From Treponema sp. (GTDB lineage Bacteria; Spirochaetota; Spirochaetia; Treponematales; Breznakiellaceae), in NCBI GenBank assembly GCA_031279975.1, contig JAITHL010000131.1:1505-65504 (forward strand): DNA of 64,000 nt, written 5' to 3'. The notes below the pieces were generated by a model that had not been told where the DNA came from, made no database searches, and worked only from the letters and a program-made list of their open reading frames with translations. This document shows positions 63,404-64,000 of this stretch, piece after piece. Position 1 is the stretch's first letter; each line of letters begins with the position of its first letter. The position numbers were made by a program, and so were the translations under genes.

Positions 63404-64000
63404 TTACGGCGAAGCGGGAGTATGCCCCGCCGGGCTTGATCCGCCGCGAATAAAAAATAATTCCCGTATGGGACGCGCTTCCGCGATCCCCCTTTGCTCA
63501 AATTTGGTACGGGGCCGCCAGCTTTGAGTTTGGGCAAAGCCCGGATAGGCGTTCTGGAGCAGGGGAGTTTGGGCAAGCTCCCTGAGGGCTGATTGGGCGT
63601 AATCCTCCCAATCGGTTACGGTATACAGATACGCGCCTGGCCTGAGTTTTTGGGCCAGCAGGTCCGTAACCGGCCTGGCAAGAAGCCGCCGTTTGCGGTG
63701 CCGCTTTTTCGGCCAAGGATCAGGGAAGAAGATATGGAGCCCGTCCAGGGAAGCGTCAGGGATCATCCGCTCCAGGGCCTCCACCGCGTCATGTTCGATA
63801 ACGCGAATATTGGAGACCCGCCGCCTTTCGATTTCCCAGAGCAGCCGTCCGATTCCTGGACGGTGCACCTCTATGCCCAGATAATTGATCCCTGGATTTT
63901 CTTCCGCCATAAGAACGGTTGCCGACCCCATGCCGAAGCCGATTTCCGCGATGACCGGATGATCGTTCCCAAAGACCCGCGGCAATGCCAGGGCCGGCCC
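63404..64000 (-). CDS. trmB: tRNA (guanine-N7)-methyltransferase TrmB (5' end probably beyond the window)
   Basis: EIGFGMG...YLGIEVH...HIFFPDPWPKKRHRKRR. The frame stays open to the window edge; the ORF-track TTG 63985 may be internal. Confidence 0.85.
   Translation of the reverse strand, partial: GPALALPRVFGNDHPVIAEIGFGMGSATVLMAEENPGINYLGIEVHRPGIGRLLWEIERRRVSNIRVIEHDAVEALERMIPDASLDGLHIFFPDPWPKKRHRKRRLLARPVTDLLAQKLRPGAYLYTVTDWEDYAQSALRELAQTPLLQNAYPGFAQTQSWRPRTKFEQRGIAEARPIRELFFIRGGSSPAGHTPASP

Overview
GC-rich chromosomal segment of a spirochaete, probably Treponema-like (two FlaA flagellar-sheath paralogues; xerC-hslVU-flgB synteny). It is almost fully coding and mostly core. In order: a YD-repeat protein tail, a parvulin and a GAF/HD-GYP protein; a long minus-strand operon infC-rpmI-rplT-zapB-like-zapA-manA-yaiI; fba; two flaA-like genes; a small nuclease-like two-gene insert; a compact dcw cluster rsmH-ftsL-murF-mraY-ftsW-ftsQ-ftsA-ftsZ; xer, a TPR protein, dprA-topA-xerC-hslV-hslU; and flgB-flgC-fliE-fliF-fliG-fliH-fliI-fliJ. 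An accessory-looking block follows. It holds an SNF2 helicase translationally coupled to a 643-aa unknown protein, a NodB-type deacetylase lipoprotein, an Sfp-type PPTase, and a ~12-kb aryl-polyene (APE)-like lipid biosynthesis/export cluster. That cluster contains an LPLAT, two ACPs, a membrane-fused adenylase, two hot-dog dehydratases, GT2, an LpxL-like acyltransferase, a thioesterase, a LolA-like protein, MMPL, a DUF3261-like lipoprotein, FabG and only one ketosynthase. It abuts, stop codon to stop codon, a convergent 1,624-aa predicted outer-membrane protein. The window ends with tRNA-Thr, tRNA-Tyr, ligA and a partial trmB. Intergenic DNA carries several repeat families: a 159-bp MITE-like element with terminal inverted repeats, REP-like CGGACC/GGTCCG palindromes with CTAGGGAAGCG arms, a three-frame-stop module, and a GTTCYGAAAC hairpin cluster. 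I saw no rRNA, CRISPR array, prophage or transposase. All product calls rest on motifs read from the translated ORFs, with no database search. The best candidates for something new are the reduced APE-like cluster plus the giant OMP, the SNF2 pair, the nuclease-like insert, the repeat families, and a probable CTG start for ftsA.
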